The position numbers and the translations under genes are program-made. A DNA stretch of 64,000 nt from Auanema rhodensis. Lineage: Eukaryota; Animalia; Nematoda. The notes under the pieces are model-generated. The model did no database searches, was not told the origin of the DNA, and saw only the letters and a program-made list of their open reading frames with translations. Where the stretch lies: contig CAXKVF010000079.1 in the NCBI GenBank assembly GCA_964057225.1, forward strand, positions 434,001-498,000. The letters are read 5' to 3'. This document shows positions 9,901 to 24,900 of the stretch, piece by piece. Position 1 is the first letter of the stretch. The number at the start of each line of letters is the position of its first letter.

Positions 9901-12900
9901 TAGTCTAAAAACAAATTTTTATTGTTATTGGTTCATGGTAACCATGACTTTGAAATTTACGTGAACTTTAATTTATGCTAATTAAATGTACACGTGATGT
10001 GCACTTGGTATGTAACTCGCTTCACGTGAAAGATAAAGAGATGCGGTTTTCAAAATTAGATTCCCCATGTCCATATTAGTCTAAAAACAAATTTTTATTG
10101 ATATTGGTTCATGGTAACCATGACTTTGAAATTTACGTGAACTTTAATTTATGCTAATTAAATGTACACGTGATGTGCACTTGGTATGTAACTCGCTTCA
10201 CGTGAAAGATAAAGAGATGCGGTTTTCAAAATTAGATTCCCCATGTCCATATTAGTCTAAAAACAAATTTTTATTGATATTGGTGCATGGTAACCATGAC
10301 TTTGAAATTTACGTGAACTTTAATTTATGCTAATTAAATGTACACGTGATGTGCACTTGGTATGTAACTCGCTTCACGTGAAAGATAAAGAGATGCGGTT
10401 TTCAAAATTAGATTCCCCATGTCCATATTAGTCTAAAAACAAATTTTTATTGTTATTGGTTCATGGTAACCATGACTTTGAAATTTACGTGAACTTTAAT
10501 TTATGCTAATTAAATGTAAACGTGATGTGCACTTGGTATGTAACTCGCTTCACGTGAAAGATAAAGAGATGCGGTTTTCAAAATTAGATTCCCCATGTCC
10601 ATATTAGTCTAAAAACAAATTTTTATTGTTATTGGTTCATGGTAACCATGACTTTGAAATTTACGTGAACTTTAATTTATGCTAATTAAATGTACACGTG
10701 ATGTGCACTTGGTATGTAACTCGCTTCACGTGAAAGATAAAGAGATGCGGTTTTCAAAATTAGATTCCCCATGTCCATATTAGTCTAAAAACAAATTTTT
10801 ATTGATATTGGTTCATGGTAACCATGACTTTGAAATTTACGTGAACTTTAATTTATGCTAATTAAATGTACACGTGATGTGCACTTGGTATGTAACTCGC
10901 TTCACGTGAAAGATAAAGAGATGCGGTTTTCAAAATTAGATTCCCCATGTCCATATTAGTCTAAAAACAAATTTTTATTGATATTGGTGCATGGTAACCA
11001 TGACTTTGAAATTTACGTGAACTTTAATTTATGCTAATTAAATGTACACGTGATGTGCACTTGGTATGTAACTCGCTTCACGTGAAAGATAAAGAGATGC
11101 GGTTTTCAAAATTAGATTCCGCATGTCCATATTAGTCTAAAAACAAATTTTTATTGATATTGGTTCATGGTAACCATGATTTTGAAATTTACGTGAACTT
11201 TAATTTATGCTAATTAAATGTACACGTGATGTGCACTTGGTATGTAACTCGCTTCACGTGAAAGATAAAGAGATGCGGTTTTCAAAATTAGATTCCCCAT
11301 GTCCATATTAGTCTAAAAACAAATTTTTATTGATATTGGTTCATGGTAACCATGATTTTGAAATTTACGTGAACTTTAATTTATGCTAATTAAATGTACA
11401 CGTGATGTGCACTTGGTATGTAACTCGCTTCACGTGAAAGATAAAGAGATGCGGTTTTCAAAATTAGATTCCCCATGTCCATATTAGTCTAAAAACAAAT
11501 TTTTATTGATATTGGTGCATGGTAACCATGACTTTGAAATTTACGTGAACTTTAATTTATGCTAATTAAATGTACACGTGATGTGCACTTGGTATGTAAC
11601 TCGCTTCACGTGAAAGATAAAGAGATGCGGTTTTCAAAATTAGATTCCCCATGTCCATATTAGTCTAAAAACAAATTTTTATTGATATTGGTGCATGGTA
11701 ACCATGACTTTGAAATTTACGTCAACTTTAATTTATGCTAATTAAATGTACACGTGATGTGCACTTGGTATGTAACTCGCTTCACGTGAAAGATAAAGAG
11801 ATGCAGTTTTCAAAATTAGATTCCCCATGTCCATATTAGTCTAAAAACAAATTTTTATTGATATTGGTGCATGGTAACCATGACTTTGAAATTTACGTGA
11901 ACTTTAATTTATGCTAATTAAATGTACACGTGATGTGCACTTGGTATGTAACTCGCTTCACGTGAAAGATAAAGAGATGCGGTTTTCAAAATTAGATTCA
12001 TCATGTCCATATTAGTCTAAAAACAAATTTTTATTGATATTGGTTCATGGTAACCATGACTTTGAAATTTACGTGAACTTTAATTTATGCTAATTAAATG
12101 TACACGTGATGTGCACTTGGTATGTAACTCGCTTCACGTGAAAGATAAAGAGATGCGGTTTTCAAAATTAGATTCCCCATGTCCATATTAGTCTAAAAAC
12201 AAATTTTTATTGATATTGGTTCATGGTAACCATGACTTTGAAATTTACGTGAACTTTAATTTATGCTAATTAAATGTACACGTGATGTGCTCTTGGTATG
12301 TAACTCGCTTCACGTGAAAGATAAAGAGATGCAGTTTTCAAAATTAGATTCCCCATGTCCATATTAGTCTAAAAACAAATTTTTATTGATATTGGTGCAT
12401 GGTAACCATGACTTTGAAATTTACGTGAACTTTAATTTATGCTAATTAAATGTACACGTGATGTGCACTTGGTATGTAACTCGCTTCACGTGAAAGATAA
12501 AGAGATGCGGTTTTCAAAATTAGATTCCCCATGTCCATATTAGTCTAAAAACAAATTTTTATTGATATTGGTTCATGGTAACCATGACTTTGAAATTTAC
12601 GTGAACTTTAATTTATGCTAATTAAATGTACACGTGATGTGCACTTGGTATGTAACTCGCTTCACGTGAAAGATAAAGAGATGCGGTTTTCAAAATTAGA
12701 TTCCCCATGTCCATATTAGTCTAAAAACAAATTTTTATTGATATTGGTTCATGGTAACCATGACTTTGAAATTTACGTGAACTTTAATTTATGCTAATTA
12801 AATGTACACGTGATGTGCTCTTGGTATGTTACTCGCTTCACGTGAAAGATAAAGAGATGCAGTTTTCAAAATTAGATTCCCCATGTCCATATTAGTCTAA

Positions 12901-15900
12901 AAACAAATTTTTATTGATATTGGTGCATGGTAACCATGACTTTGAAATTTACGTGAACTTTAATTTATGCTAATTAAATGTACACGTGATGTGCACTTGG
13001 TATGTAACTCGCTTCACGTGAAAGATAAAGAGATGCGGTTTTCAAAATTAGATTCCCCATGTCCATATTAGTCTAAAAACAAATTTTTATTGTTATTGGT
13101 TCATGGTAACCATGACTTTGAAATTTACGTGAACTTTAATTTATGCTAATTAAATGTACACGTGATGTGCACTTGGTATGTAACTCGCTTCACGTGAAAG
13201 ATAAAGAGATGCGGTTTTCAAAATTAGATTCCCCATGTCCATATTAGTCTAAAAACAAATTTTTATTGATATTGGTTCATGGTAACCATGACTTTGAAAT
13301 TTACGTGAACTTTAATTTATGCTAATTAAATGTACACGTGATGTGCACTTGGTATGTAACTCGCTTCACGTGAAAGATAAAGAGATGCGGTTTTCAAAAT
13401 TAGATTCCCCATGTCCATATTAGTCTAAAAACAAATTTTTATTGATATTGGTTCATGGTAACCATGATTTTGAAATTTACGTGAACTTTAATTTATGCTA
13501 ATTAAATGTACACGTGATGTGCACTTGGTATGTAACTCGCTTCACGTGAAAGATAAAGAGATGCGGTTTTCACAATTAGATTCCCCATGTCCATATTAGT
13601 CTAAAAACAAATTTTTATTGATATTGGTGCATGGTAACCATGACTTTGAAATTTACGTGAACTTTAATTTATGCTAATTAAATGTACACGTGATGTGCAC
13701 TTGGTATGTAACTCGCTTCACGTGAAAGATAAAGAGATGCGGTTTTCAAAATTAGATTCCCCATGTTCATATTAGTCTAAAAACAAATTTTTATTGATAT
13801 TGGTTCATGGTAACCATGATTTTGAAATTTACGTGAACTTTAATTTATGCTAATTAAATGTACACGTGATGTGCACTTGGTATGTAACTCGCTTCACGTG
13901 AAAGATAAAGAGATGCGGTTTTCAAAATTAGATTCCCCATGTCCATATTAGTCTAAAAACAAATTTTTATTGATATTGGTGCATGGTAACCATGACTTTG
14001 AAATTTACGTGAACTTTAATTTATGCTAATTAAATGTACACGTGATGTGCACTTGGTATGTAACTCGCTTCACGTGAAAGATAAAGAGATGCGGTTTTCA
14101 AAATTAGATTCCCCATGTCCATATTAGTCTAAAAACAAATTTTTATTGATATTGGTGCATGGTAACCATGACTTTGAAATTTACGTGAACTTTAATTTAT
14201 GCTAATTAAATGTACACGTGATGTGCACTTGGTATGTAACTCGCTTCACGTGAAAGATAAAGAGATGCGGTTTTCAAAATTAGATTCCCCATGTCCATAT
14301 TAGTCTAAAAACAAATTTTTATTGATATTGGTGCATGGTAACCATGACTTTGAAATTTACGTGAACTTTAATTTATGCTAATTAAATGTACACGTGATGT
14401 GCACTTGGTATGTAACTCGCTTCACGTGAAAGATAAAGAGATGCGGTTTTCAAAATTAGATTCCCCATGTTCATATTAGTCTAAAAACAAATTTTTATTG
14501 ATATTGGTTCATGGTAACCATGATTTTGAAATTTACGTGAACTTTAATTTATGCTAATTAAATGTACACGTGATGTGCACTTGGTATGTAACTCGCTTCA
14601 CGTGAAAGATAAAGAGATGCGGTTTTCAAAATTAGATTCCCCATGTCCATATTAGTCTAAAAACAAATTTTTATTGATATTGGTGCATGGTAACCATGAC
14701 TTTGAAATTTACGTGAACTTTAATTTATGCTAATTAAATGTACACGTGATGTGCACTTGGTATGTAACTCGCTTCACGTGAAAGATAAAGAGATGCGGTT
14801 TTCAAAATTAGATTCCCCATGTCCATATTAGTCTAAAAACAAATTTTTATTGATATTGGTGCATGGTAACCATGACTTTGAAATTTACGTGAACTTTAAT
14901 TTATGCTAATTAAATGTACACGTGATGTGCACTTGGTATGTAACTCGCTTCACGTGAAAGATAAAGAGATGCGGTTTTCAAAATTAGATTCCCCATGTCC
15001 ATATTAGTCTAAAAACAAATTTTTATTGATATTGGTGCATGGTAACCATGACTTTGAAATTTACGTGAACTTTAATTTATGCTAATTAAATGTACACGTG
15101 ATGTGCACTTGGTATGTAACTCGCTTCACGTGAAAGATAAAGAGATGCGGTTTTCAAAATTAGATTCCCCATGTCCATATTAGTCTAAAAACAAATTTTT
15201 ATTGATATTGGTTCATGGTAACCATGACTTTGAAATTTACGTGAACTTTAATTTATGCTAATTAAATGTACACGTGATGTGCACTTGGTATGTAACTCGC
15301 TTCACGTGAAAGATAAAGAGATGCGGTTTTCAAAATTAGATTCCCCATGTCCATATTAGTCTAAAAACAAATTTTTATTGATATTAATTCATGATAACCA
15401 TGATTTTGAAATTTACGTGAACTTTAATTTATGCTAATTAAATGTACACGTGATGTGCACTTGGTATGTAACTCGCTTCACGTGAAAGATAAAGAGATGC
15501 GGTTTTCAAAATTAGATTCCTCATGTCCATATTAGTCTAAAAACAAATTTTTATTGATATTGGTTCATGGTAACCATGACTTTGAAATTTACGTGAACTT
15601 TAATTTATGCTAATTAAATGTACACGTGATGTGCACTTGGTATGTAACTCGCTTCACGTGAAAGATAAAGAGATGCGGTTTTCAAAATTAGATTCCCCAT
15701 GTCCATATTAGTCTAAAAACAAATTTTTATTGATATTAATTCATGATAACCATGATTTTGAAATTTACGTGAACTTTAATTTATGCTAATTAAATGTACA
15801 CGTGATGTGCACTTGGTATGTAACTCGCTTCACGTGAAAGATAAAGAGATGCGGTTTTCAAAATTAGATTCCTCATGTCCATATTAGTCTAAAAACAAAT

Positions 15901-18900
15901 TTTTATTGATATTGGTTCATGGTAACCATGACTTTGAAATTTACGTGAACTTTAATTTATGCTAATTAAATGTACACGTGATGTGCACTTGGTATGTAAC
16001 TCGCTTCACGTGAAAGATAAAGAGATGCGGTTTTCAAAATTAGATTCCCCATGTCCATATTAGTCTAAAAACAAATTTTTATTGATATTGGTTCATGGTA
16101 ACCATGACTTTGAAATTTACGTGAACTTTAATTTATGCTAATTAAATGTACACGTGATGTGCACTTGGTATGTAACTCGCTTCACGTGAAAGATAAAGAG
16201 ATGCGGTTTTCAAAATTAGATTCCCCATGTCCATATTAGTCTAAAAACAAATTTTTATTGATATTGGTTCATGGTAACCATGACTTTGAAATTTACGTGA
16301 ACTTTAATTTATGCTAATTAAATGTACACGTGATGTGCTCTTGGTATGTAACTCGCTTCACGTGAAAGATAAAGAGATGCAGTTTTCAAAATTAGATTCC
16401 CCATGTCCATATTAGTCTAAAAACAAATTTTTATTGATATTGGTGCATGGTAACCATGACTTTGAAATTTACGTGAACTTTAATTTATGCTAATTAAATG
16501 TACACGTGATGTGCACTTGGTATGTAACTCGCTTCACGTGAAAGATAAAGAGATGCGGTTTTCAAAATTAGATTCCCCATGTTCATATTAGTCTAAAAAC
16601 AAATTTTTATTGATATTGGTTCATGGTAACCATGATTTTGAAATTTACGTGAACTTTAATTTATGCTAATTAAATGTACACGTGATGTGCACTTGGTATG
16701 TAACTCGCTTCACGTGAAAGATAAAGAGATGCGGTTTTCAAAATTAGATTCCCCATGTCCATATTAGTCTAAAAACAAATTTTTATTGATATTGGTTCAT
16801 GGTAACCATGACTTTGAAATTTACGTGAACTTTAATTTATGCTAATTAAATGTACACGTGATGTGCTCTTGGTATGTAACTCGCTTCACGTGAAAGATAA
16901 AGAGATGCAGTTTTCAAAATTAGATTCCCCATGTCCATATTAGTCTAAAAACAAATTTTTATTGATATTAATTCATGATAACCATGATTTTGAAATTTAC
17001 GTGAACTTTAATTTATGCTAATTAAATGTACACGTGATGTGCACTTGGTATGTAACTCGCTTCACGTGAAAGATAAAGAGATGCGGTTTTCAAAATTAGA
17101 TTCCTCATGTCCATATTAGTCTAAAAACAAATTTTTATTGATATTGGTTCATGGTAACCATGACTTTGAAATTTACGTGAACTTTAATTTATGCTAATTA
17201 AATGTACACGTGATGTGCACTTGGTATGTAACTCGCTTCACGTGAAAGATAAAGAGATGCGGTTTTCAAAATTAGATTCCCCATGTCCATATTAGTCTAA
17301 AAACAAATTTTTATTGATATTGGTTCATGGTAACCATGACTTTGAAATTTACGTGAACTTTAATTTATGCTAATTAAATGTACACGTGATGTGCACTTGG
17401 TATGTAACTCGCTTCACGTGAAAGATAAAGAGATGCGGTTTTCAAAATTAGATTCCCCATGTCCATATTAGTCTAAAAACAAATTTTTATTGATATTGGT
17501 TCATGGTAACCATGACTTTGAAATTTACGTGAACTTTAATTTATGCTAATTAAATGTACACGTGATGTGCTCTTGGTATGTAACTCGCTTCACGTGAAAG
17601 ATAAAGAGATGCAGTTTTCAAAATTAGATTCCCCATGTCCATATTAGTCTAAAAACAAATTTTTATTGATATTGGTGCATGGTAACCATGACTTTGAAAT
17701 TTACGTGAACTTTAATTTATGCTAATTAAATGTACACGTGATGTGCACTTGGTATGTAACTCGCTTCACGTGAAAGATAAAGAGATGCGGTTTTCAAAAT
17801 TAGATTCCCCATGTCCATATTAGTCTAAAAACAAATTTTTATTGATATTGGTTCATGGTAACCATGACTTTGAAATTTACGTGAACTTTAATTTATGCTA
17901 ATTAAATGTACACGTGATGTGCACTTGGTATGTAACTCGCTTCACGTGAAAGATAAAGAGATGCGGTTTTCAAAATTAGATTCCCCATGTCCATATTAGT
18001 CTAAAAACAAATTTTTATTGATATTGGTTCATGGTAACCATGATTTTGAAATTTACGTGAACTTTAATTTATGCTAATTAAATGTACACGTGATGTGCAC
18101 TTGGTATGTAACTCGCTTCACGTGAAAGATAAAGAGATGCGGTTTTCAAAATTAGATTCCCCATGTCCATATTAGTCTAAAAACAAATTTTTATTGATAT
18201 TGGTTCATGGTAACCATGATTTTGAAATTTACGTGAACTTTAATTTATGCTAATTAAATGTACACGTGATGTGCACTTGGTATGTAACTCGCTTCACGTG
18301 AAAGATAAAGAGATGCGGTTTTCAAAATTAGATTCCCCATGTCCATATTAGTCTAAAAACAAATTTTTATTGATATTGGTGCATGGTAACCATGACTTTG
18401 AAATTTACGTGAACTTTAATTTATGCTAATTAAATGTACACGTGATGTGCACTTGGTATGTAACTCGCTTCACGTGAAAGATAAAGAGATGCGGTTTTCA
18501 AAATTAGATTCCCCATGTTCATATTAGTCTAAAAACAAATTTTTATTGATATTGGTTCATGGTAACCATGATTTTGAAATTTACGTGAACTTTAATTTAT
18601 GCTAATTAAATGTACACGTGATGTGCACTTGGTATGTAACTCGCTTCACGTGAAAGATAAAGAGATGCGGTTTTCAAAATTAGATTCCCCATGTCCATAT
18701 TAGTCTAAAAACAAATTTTTATTGATATTGGTGCATGGTAACCATGACTTTGAAATTTACGTGAACTTTAATTTATGCTAATTAAATGTACACGTGATGT
18801 GCACTTGGTATGTAACTCGCTTCACGTGAAAGATAAAGAGATGCGGTTTTCAAAATTAGATTCCCCATGTCCATATTAGTCTAAAAACAAATTTTTATTG

Positions 18901-21900
18901 ATATTGGTGCATGGTAACCATGACTTTGAAATTTACGTTAACTTTAATTTATGCTAATTAAATGTACACGTGATGTGCACTTGGTATGTAACTCGCTTCA
19001 CGTGAAAGATAAAGAGATGCGGTTTTCAAAATTAGATTCCCCATGTCCATATTAGTCTAAAAACAAATTTTTATTGATATTGGTTCATGGTAACCATGAC
19101 TTTGAAATTTACGTGAACTTTAATTTATGCTAATTAAATGTACACGTGATGTGCACTTGGTATGTAACTCGCTTCACGTGAAAGATAAAGAGATGCGGTT
19201 TTCAAAATTAGATTCCCCATGTCCATATTAGTCTAAAAACAAATTTTTATTGATATTGGTTCATGGTAACCATGATTTTGAAATTTACGTGAACTTTAAT
19301 TTATGCTAATTAAATGTACACGTGATGTGCACTTGGTATGTAACTCGCTTCACGTGAAAGATAAAGAGATGCGGTTTTCAAAATTAGATTCCCCATGTCC
19401 ATATTAGTCTAAAAACAAATTTTTATTGATATTGGTTCATGGTAACCATGATTTTGAAATTTACGTGAACTTTAATTTATGCTAATTAAATGTACACGTG
19501 ATGTGCACTTGGTATGTAACTCGCTTCACGTGAAAGATAAAGAGATGCGGTTTTCAAAATTAGATTCCCCATGTCCATATTAGTCTAAAAACAAATTTTT
19601 ATTGATATTGGTGCATGGTAACCATGACTTTGAAATTTACGTGAACTTTAATTTATGCTAATTAAATGTACACGTGATGTGCACTTGGTATGTAACTCGC
19701 TTCACGTGAAAGATAAAGAGATGCGGTTTTCAAAATTAGATTCCCCATGTCCATATTAGTCTAAAAACAAATTTTTATTGATATTGGTGCATGGTAACCA
19801 TGACTTTGAAATTTACGTGAACTTTAATTTATGCTAATTAAATGTACACGTGATGTGCACTTGGTATGTAACTCGCTTCACGTGAAAGATAAAGAGATGC
19901 GGTTTTCAAAATTAGATTCCCCATGTCCATATTAGTCTAAAAACAAATTTTTATTGATATTGGTGCATGGTAACCATGACTTTGAAATTTACGTGAACTT
20001 TAATTTATGCTAATTAAATGTACACGTGATGTGCACTTGGTATGTAACTCGCTTCACGTGAAAGAGAAAGAGATGCGGTTTTCAAAATTAGATTCCCCAT
20101 GTCCATATTAGTCTAAAAACAAATTTTTATTGATATTGGTTCATGGTAACCATGACTTTGAAATTTACGTGAACTTTAATTTATGCTAATTAAATGTACA
20201 CGTGATGTGCACTTGGTATGTAACTCGCTTCACGTGAAAGATAAAGAGATGCGGTTTTCAAAATTAGATTCCCCATGTCCATATTAGTCTAAAAACAAAT
20301 TTTTATTGATATTGGTTCATGGTAACCATGACTTTGAAATTTACGTGAACTTTAATTTATGCTAATTAAATGTACACGTGATGTGCACTTGGTATGTAAC
20401 TCGCTTCACGTGAAAGATAAAGAGATGCGGTTTTCAAAATTAGATTCCCCATGTCCATATTAGTCTAAAAACAAATTTTTATTGATATTGGTTCATGGTA
20501 ACCATGACTTTGAAATTTACGTGAACTTTAATTTATGCTAATTAAATATACACGTGATGTGCACTTGGTATGTAACTCGCTTCACGTGAAAGATAAAGAG
20601 ATGCGGTTTTCAAAATTAGATTCCCCATGTCCATATTAGTCTAAAAACAAATTTTTATTGATATTGGTTCATGGTAACCATGATTTTGAAATTTACGTGA
20701 ACTTTAATTTATGCTAATTAAATGTACACGTGATGTGCACTTGGTATGTAACTCGCTTCACGTGAAAGATAAAGAGATGCGGTTTTCAAAATTAGATTCC
20801 CCATGTCCATATTAGTCTAAAAACAAATTTTTATTGATATTGGTTCATGGTAACCATGATTTTGAAATTTACGTGAACTTTAATTTATGCTAATTAAATG
20901 TACACGTGATGTGCACTTGGTATGTAACTCGCTTCACGTGAAAGATAAAGAGATACGGTTTTCAAAATTAGATTCCCCATGTCCATATTAGTCTAAAAAC
21001 AAATTTTTATTGATATTGGTTCATGGTAACCATGATTTTGAAGCTTACGTGAACTTTAATTTATGCTAATTAAATGTACACGTGATGTGCACTTGGTATG
21101 TAACTCGCTTCACGTGAAAGATAAAGAGATGCGGTTTTCAAAATTAGATTCCCCATGTCCATATTAGTCTAAAAACAAATTTTTATTGATATTGGTGCAT
21201 GGTAACCATGACTTTGAAATTTACGTGAACTTTAATTTATGCTAATTAAATGTACACGTGATGTGCACTTGGTATGTAACTCGCTTCACGTGAAAGATAA
21301 AGAGATGCGGTTTTCAAAATTAGATTCCCCATGTTCATATTAGTCTAAAAACAAATTTTTATTGATATTGGTTCATGGTAACCATGACTTTGAAATTTAC
21401 GTGAACTTTAATTTATGCTAATTAAATGTACACGTGATGTGCACTTGGTATGTAACTCGCTTCACGTGAAAGATAAAGAGATGCGGTTTTCAAAATTAGA
21501 TTCCCCATGTCCATATTAGTCTAAAAACAAATTTTTATTGATATTGGTTCATGGTAACCATGATTTTGAAATTTACGTGAACTTTAATTTATGCTAATTA
21601 AATGTACACGTGATGTGCACTTGGTATGTAACTCGCTTCACGTGAAAGATAAAGAGATGCGGTTTTCAAAATTAGATTCCCCATGTCCATATTAGTCTAA
21701 AAACAAATTTTTATTGATATTGGTGCATGGTAACCATGACTTTGAAATTTACGTGAACTTTAATTTATGCTAATTAAATGTACACGTGATGTGCACTTGG
21801 TATGTAACTCGCTTCACGTGAAAGATAAAGAGATGCGGTTTTCAAAATTAGATTCCCCATGTCCATATTAGTCTAAAAACAAATTTTTATTGATATTGGT

Positions 21901-24900
21901 GCATGGTAACCATGACTTTGAAATTTACGTGAACTTTAACTTATGCTAATTAAATGTACACGTGATGTGCACTTGGTATGTAACTCGCTTCACGTGAAAG
22001 ATAAAGAGATGCGGTTTTCAAAATTAGATTCCCCATGTCCATATTAGTCTAAAAACAAATTTTTATTGATATTGGTGCATGGTAACCATGACTTTGAAAT
22101 TTACGTGAACTTTAATTTATGCTAATTAAATGTACACGTTATGTGCACTTGGTATGTAACTCGCTTCACGTGAAAGATAAAGAGATGCGGTTTTCAAAAT
22201 TAGATTCCCCATGTCCATATTAGTCTAAAAACAAATTTTTATTGATATTGGTTCATGGTAACCATGACTTTGAAATTTACGTGAACTTTAATTTATGCTA
22301 ATTAAATGTACACGTGATGTGCACTTGGTATGTAACTTGCTTCACGTGAAAGATAAAGAGATGCGGTTTTCAAAATTAGATTCCCCATGTCCATATTAGT
22401 CTAAAAACAAATTTTTATTGATATTGGTGCATGGTAACCATGACTTTGAAATTTACGTGAACTTTAATTTATGCTAATTAAATGTACACGTGATGTGCAC
22501 TTGGTATGTAACTCGCTTCACGTGAAAGATAAAGAGATGCGGTTTTCAAAATTAGATTCCCCATGTCCATATTAGTCTAAAAACAAATTTTTATTGATAT
22601 TGGTTCATGGTAACCATGACTTTGAAATTTACGTGAACTTTAATTTATGCTAATTAAATGTACACGTGATGTGCACTTGGTATGTAACTTGCTTCACGTG
22701 AAAGATAAAGAGATGCGGTTTTCAAAATTAGATTCCCCATGTCCATATTAGTCTAAAAACAAATTTTTATTGATATTGGTGCATGGTAACCATGACTTTG
22801 AAATTTACGTGAACTTTAATTTATGCTAATTAAATGTACACGTTATGTGCACTTGGTATGTAACTCGCTTCACGTGAAAGATAAAGAGATGCGGTTTTCA
22901 AAATTAGATTCCCCATGTCCATATTAGTCTAAAAACAAATTTTTATTGATATTGGTGCATGGTAACCATGACTTTGAAATTTACGTGAACTTTAATTTAT
23001 GCTAATTAAATGTACACGTGATGTGCACTTGGTATGTAACTCGCTTCACGTGAAAGATAAAGAGATGCGGTTTTCAAAATTAGATTCCCCATGTCCATAT
23101 TAGTCTAAAAACAAATTTTTATTGATATTGGTGCATGGTAACCATGACTTTGAAATTTACGTGAACTTTAATTTATGCTAATTAAATGTACACGTGATGT
23201 GCACTTGGTATGTAACTCGCTTCACGTGAAAGATAAAGAGATGCGGTTTTCAAAATTAGATTCCCCATGTCCATATTAGTCTAAAAACAAATTTTTATTG
23301 ATATTGGTTCATGGTAACCATGACTTTGAAATTTACGTGAACTTTAATTTATGCTAATTAAATGTACACGTGATGTGCACTTGGTATGTAACTTGCTTCA
23401 CGTGAAAGATAAAGAGATGCGGTTTTCAAAATTAGATTCCCCATGTCCATATTAGTCTAAAAACAAATTTTTATTGATATTGGTGCATGGTAACCATGAC
23501 TTTGAAATTTACGTGAACTTTAATTTATGCTAATTAAATGTACACGTGATGTGCACTTGGTATGTAACTCGCTTCACGTGAAAGATAAAGAGATGCGGTT
23601 TTCAAAATTAGATTCCCCATGTCCATATTAGTCTAAAAACAAATTTTTATTGATATTGGTGCATGGTAACCATGACTTTGAAATTTACGTGAACTTTAAT
23701 TTATGCTAATTAAATGTACACGTGATGTGCACTTGGTATGTAACTTGCTTCACGTGAAAGATAAAGAGATGCGGTTTTCAAAATTAGATTCCCCATGTCC
23801 ATATTAGTCTAAAAACAAATTTTTATTGATATTGGTGCATGGTAACCATGACTTTGAAATTTACGTGAACTTTAATTTATGCTAATTAAATGTACACGTT
23901 ATGTGCACTTGGTATGTAACTCGCTTCACGTGAAAGATAAAGAGATGCGGTTTTCAAAATTAGATTCCCCATGTCCATATTAGTCTAAAAACAAATTTTT
24001 ATTGATATTGGTGCATGGTAACCATGACTTTGAAATTTACGTGAACTTTAATTTATGCTAATTAAATGTACACGTGATGTGCACTTGGTATGTAACTCGC
24101 TTCACGTGAAAGATAAAGAGATGCGGTTTTCAAAATTAGATTCCCCATGTCCATATTAGTCTAAAAACAAATTTTTATTGATATTGGTGCATGGTAACCA
24201 TGACTTTGAAATTTACGTGAACTTTAATTTATGCTAATTAAATGTACACGTGATGTGCACTTGGTATGTAACTCGCTTCACGTGAAAGATAAAGAGATGC
24301 GGTTTTCAAAATTAGATTCCCCATGTCCATATTAGTCTAAAAACAAATTTTTATTGATATTGGTTCATGGTAACCATGACTTTGAAATTTACGTGAACTT
24401 TAATTTATGCTAATTAAATGTACACGTGATGTGCACTTGGTATGTAACTTGCTTCACGTGAAAGATAAAGAGATGCGGTTTTCAAAATTAGATTCCCCAT
24501 GTCCATATTAGTCTAAAAACAAATTTTTATTGATATTGGTGCATGGTAACCATGACTTTGAAATTTACGTGAACTTTAATTTATGCTAATTAAATGTACA
24601 CGTGATGTGCACTTGGTATGTAACTCGCTTCACGTGAAAGATAAAGAGATGCGGTTTTCAAAATTAGATTCCCCATGTCCATATTAGTCTAAAAACAAAT
24701 TTTTATTGATATTGGTGCATGGTAACCATGACTTTGAAATTTACGTGAACTTTAATTTATGCTAATTAAATGTACACGTGATGTGCACTTGGTATGTAAC
24801 TCGCTTCACGTGAAAGATAAAGAGATGCGGTTTTCAAAATTAGATTCCCCATGTCCATATTAGTCTAAAAACAAATTTTTATTGATATTGGTGCATGGTA

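Noticed and set aside
21041-21046. Single HindIII site (aagctt) from a 2-base change; likewise the single ClaI site at 45097-45102
   Set aside because: Private point variants. They are useful as mapping landmarks but show no sign of an insertion, cloning junction or function.
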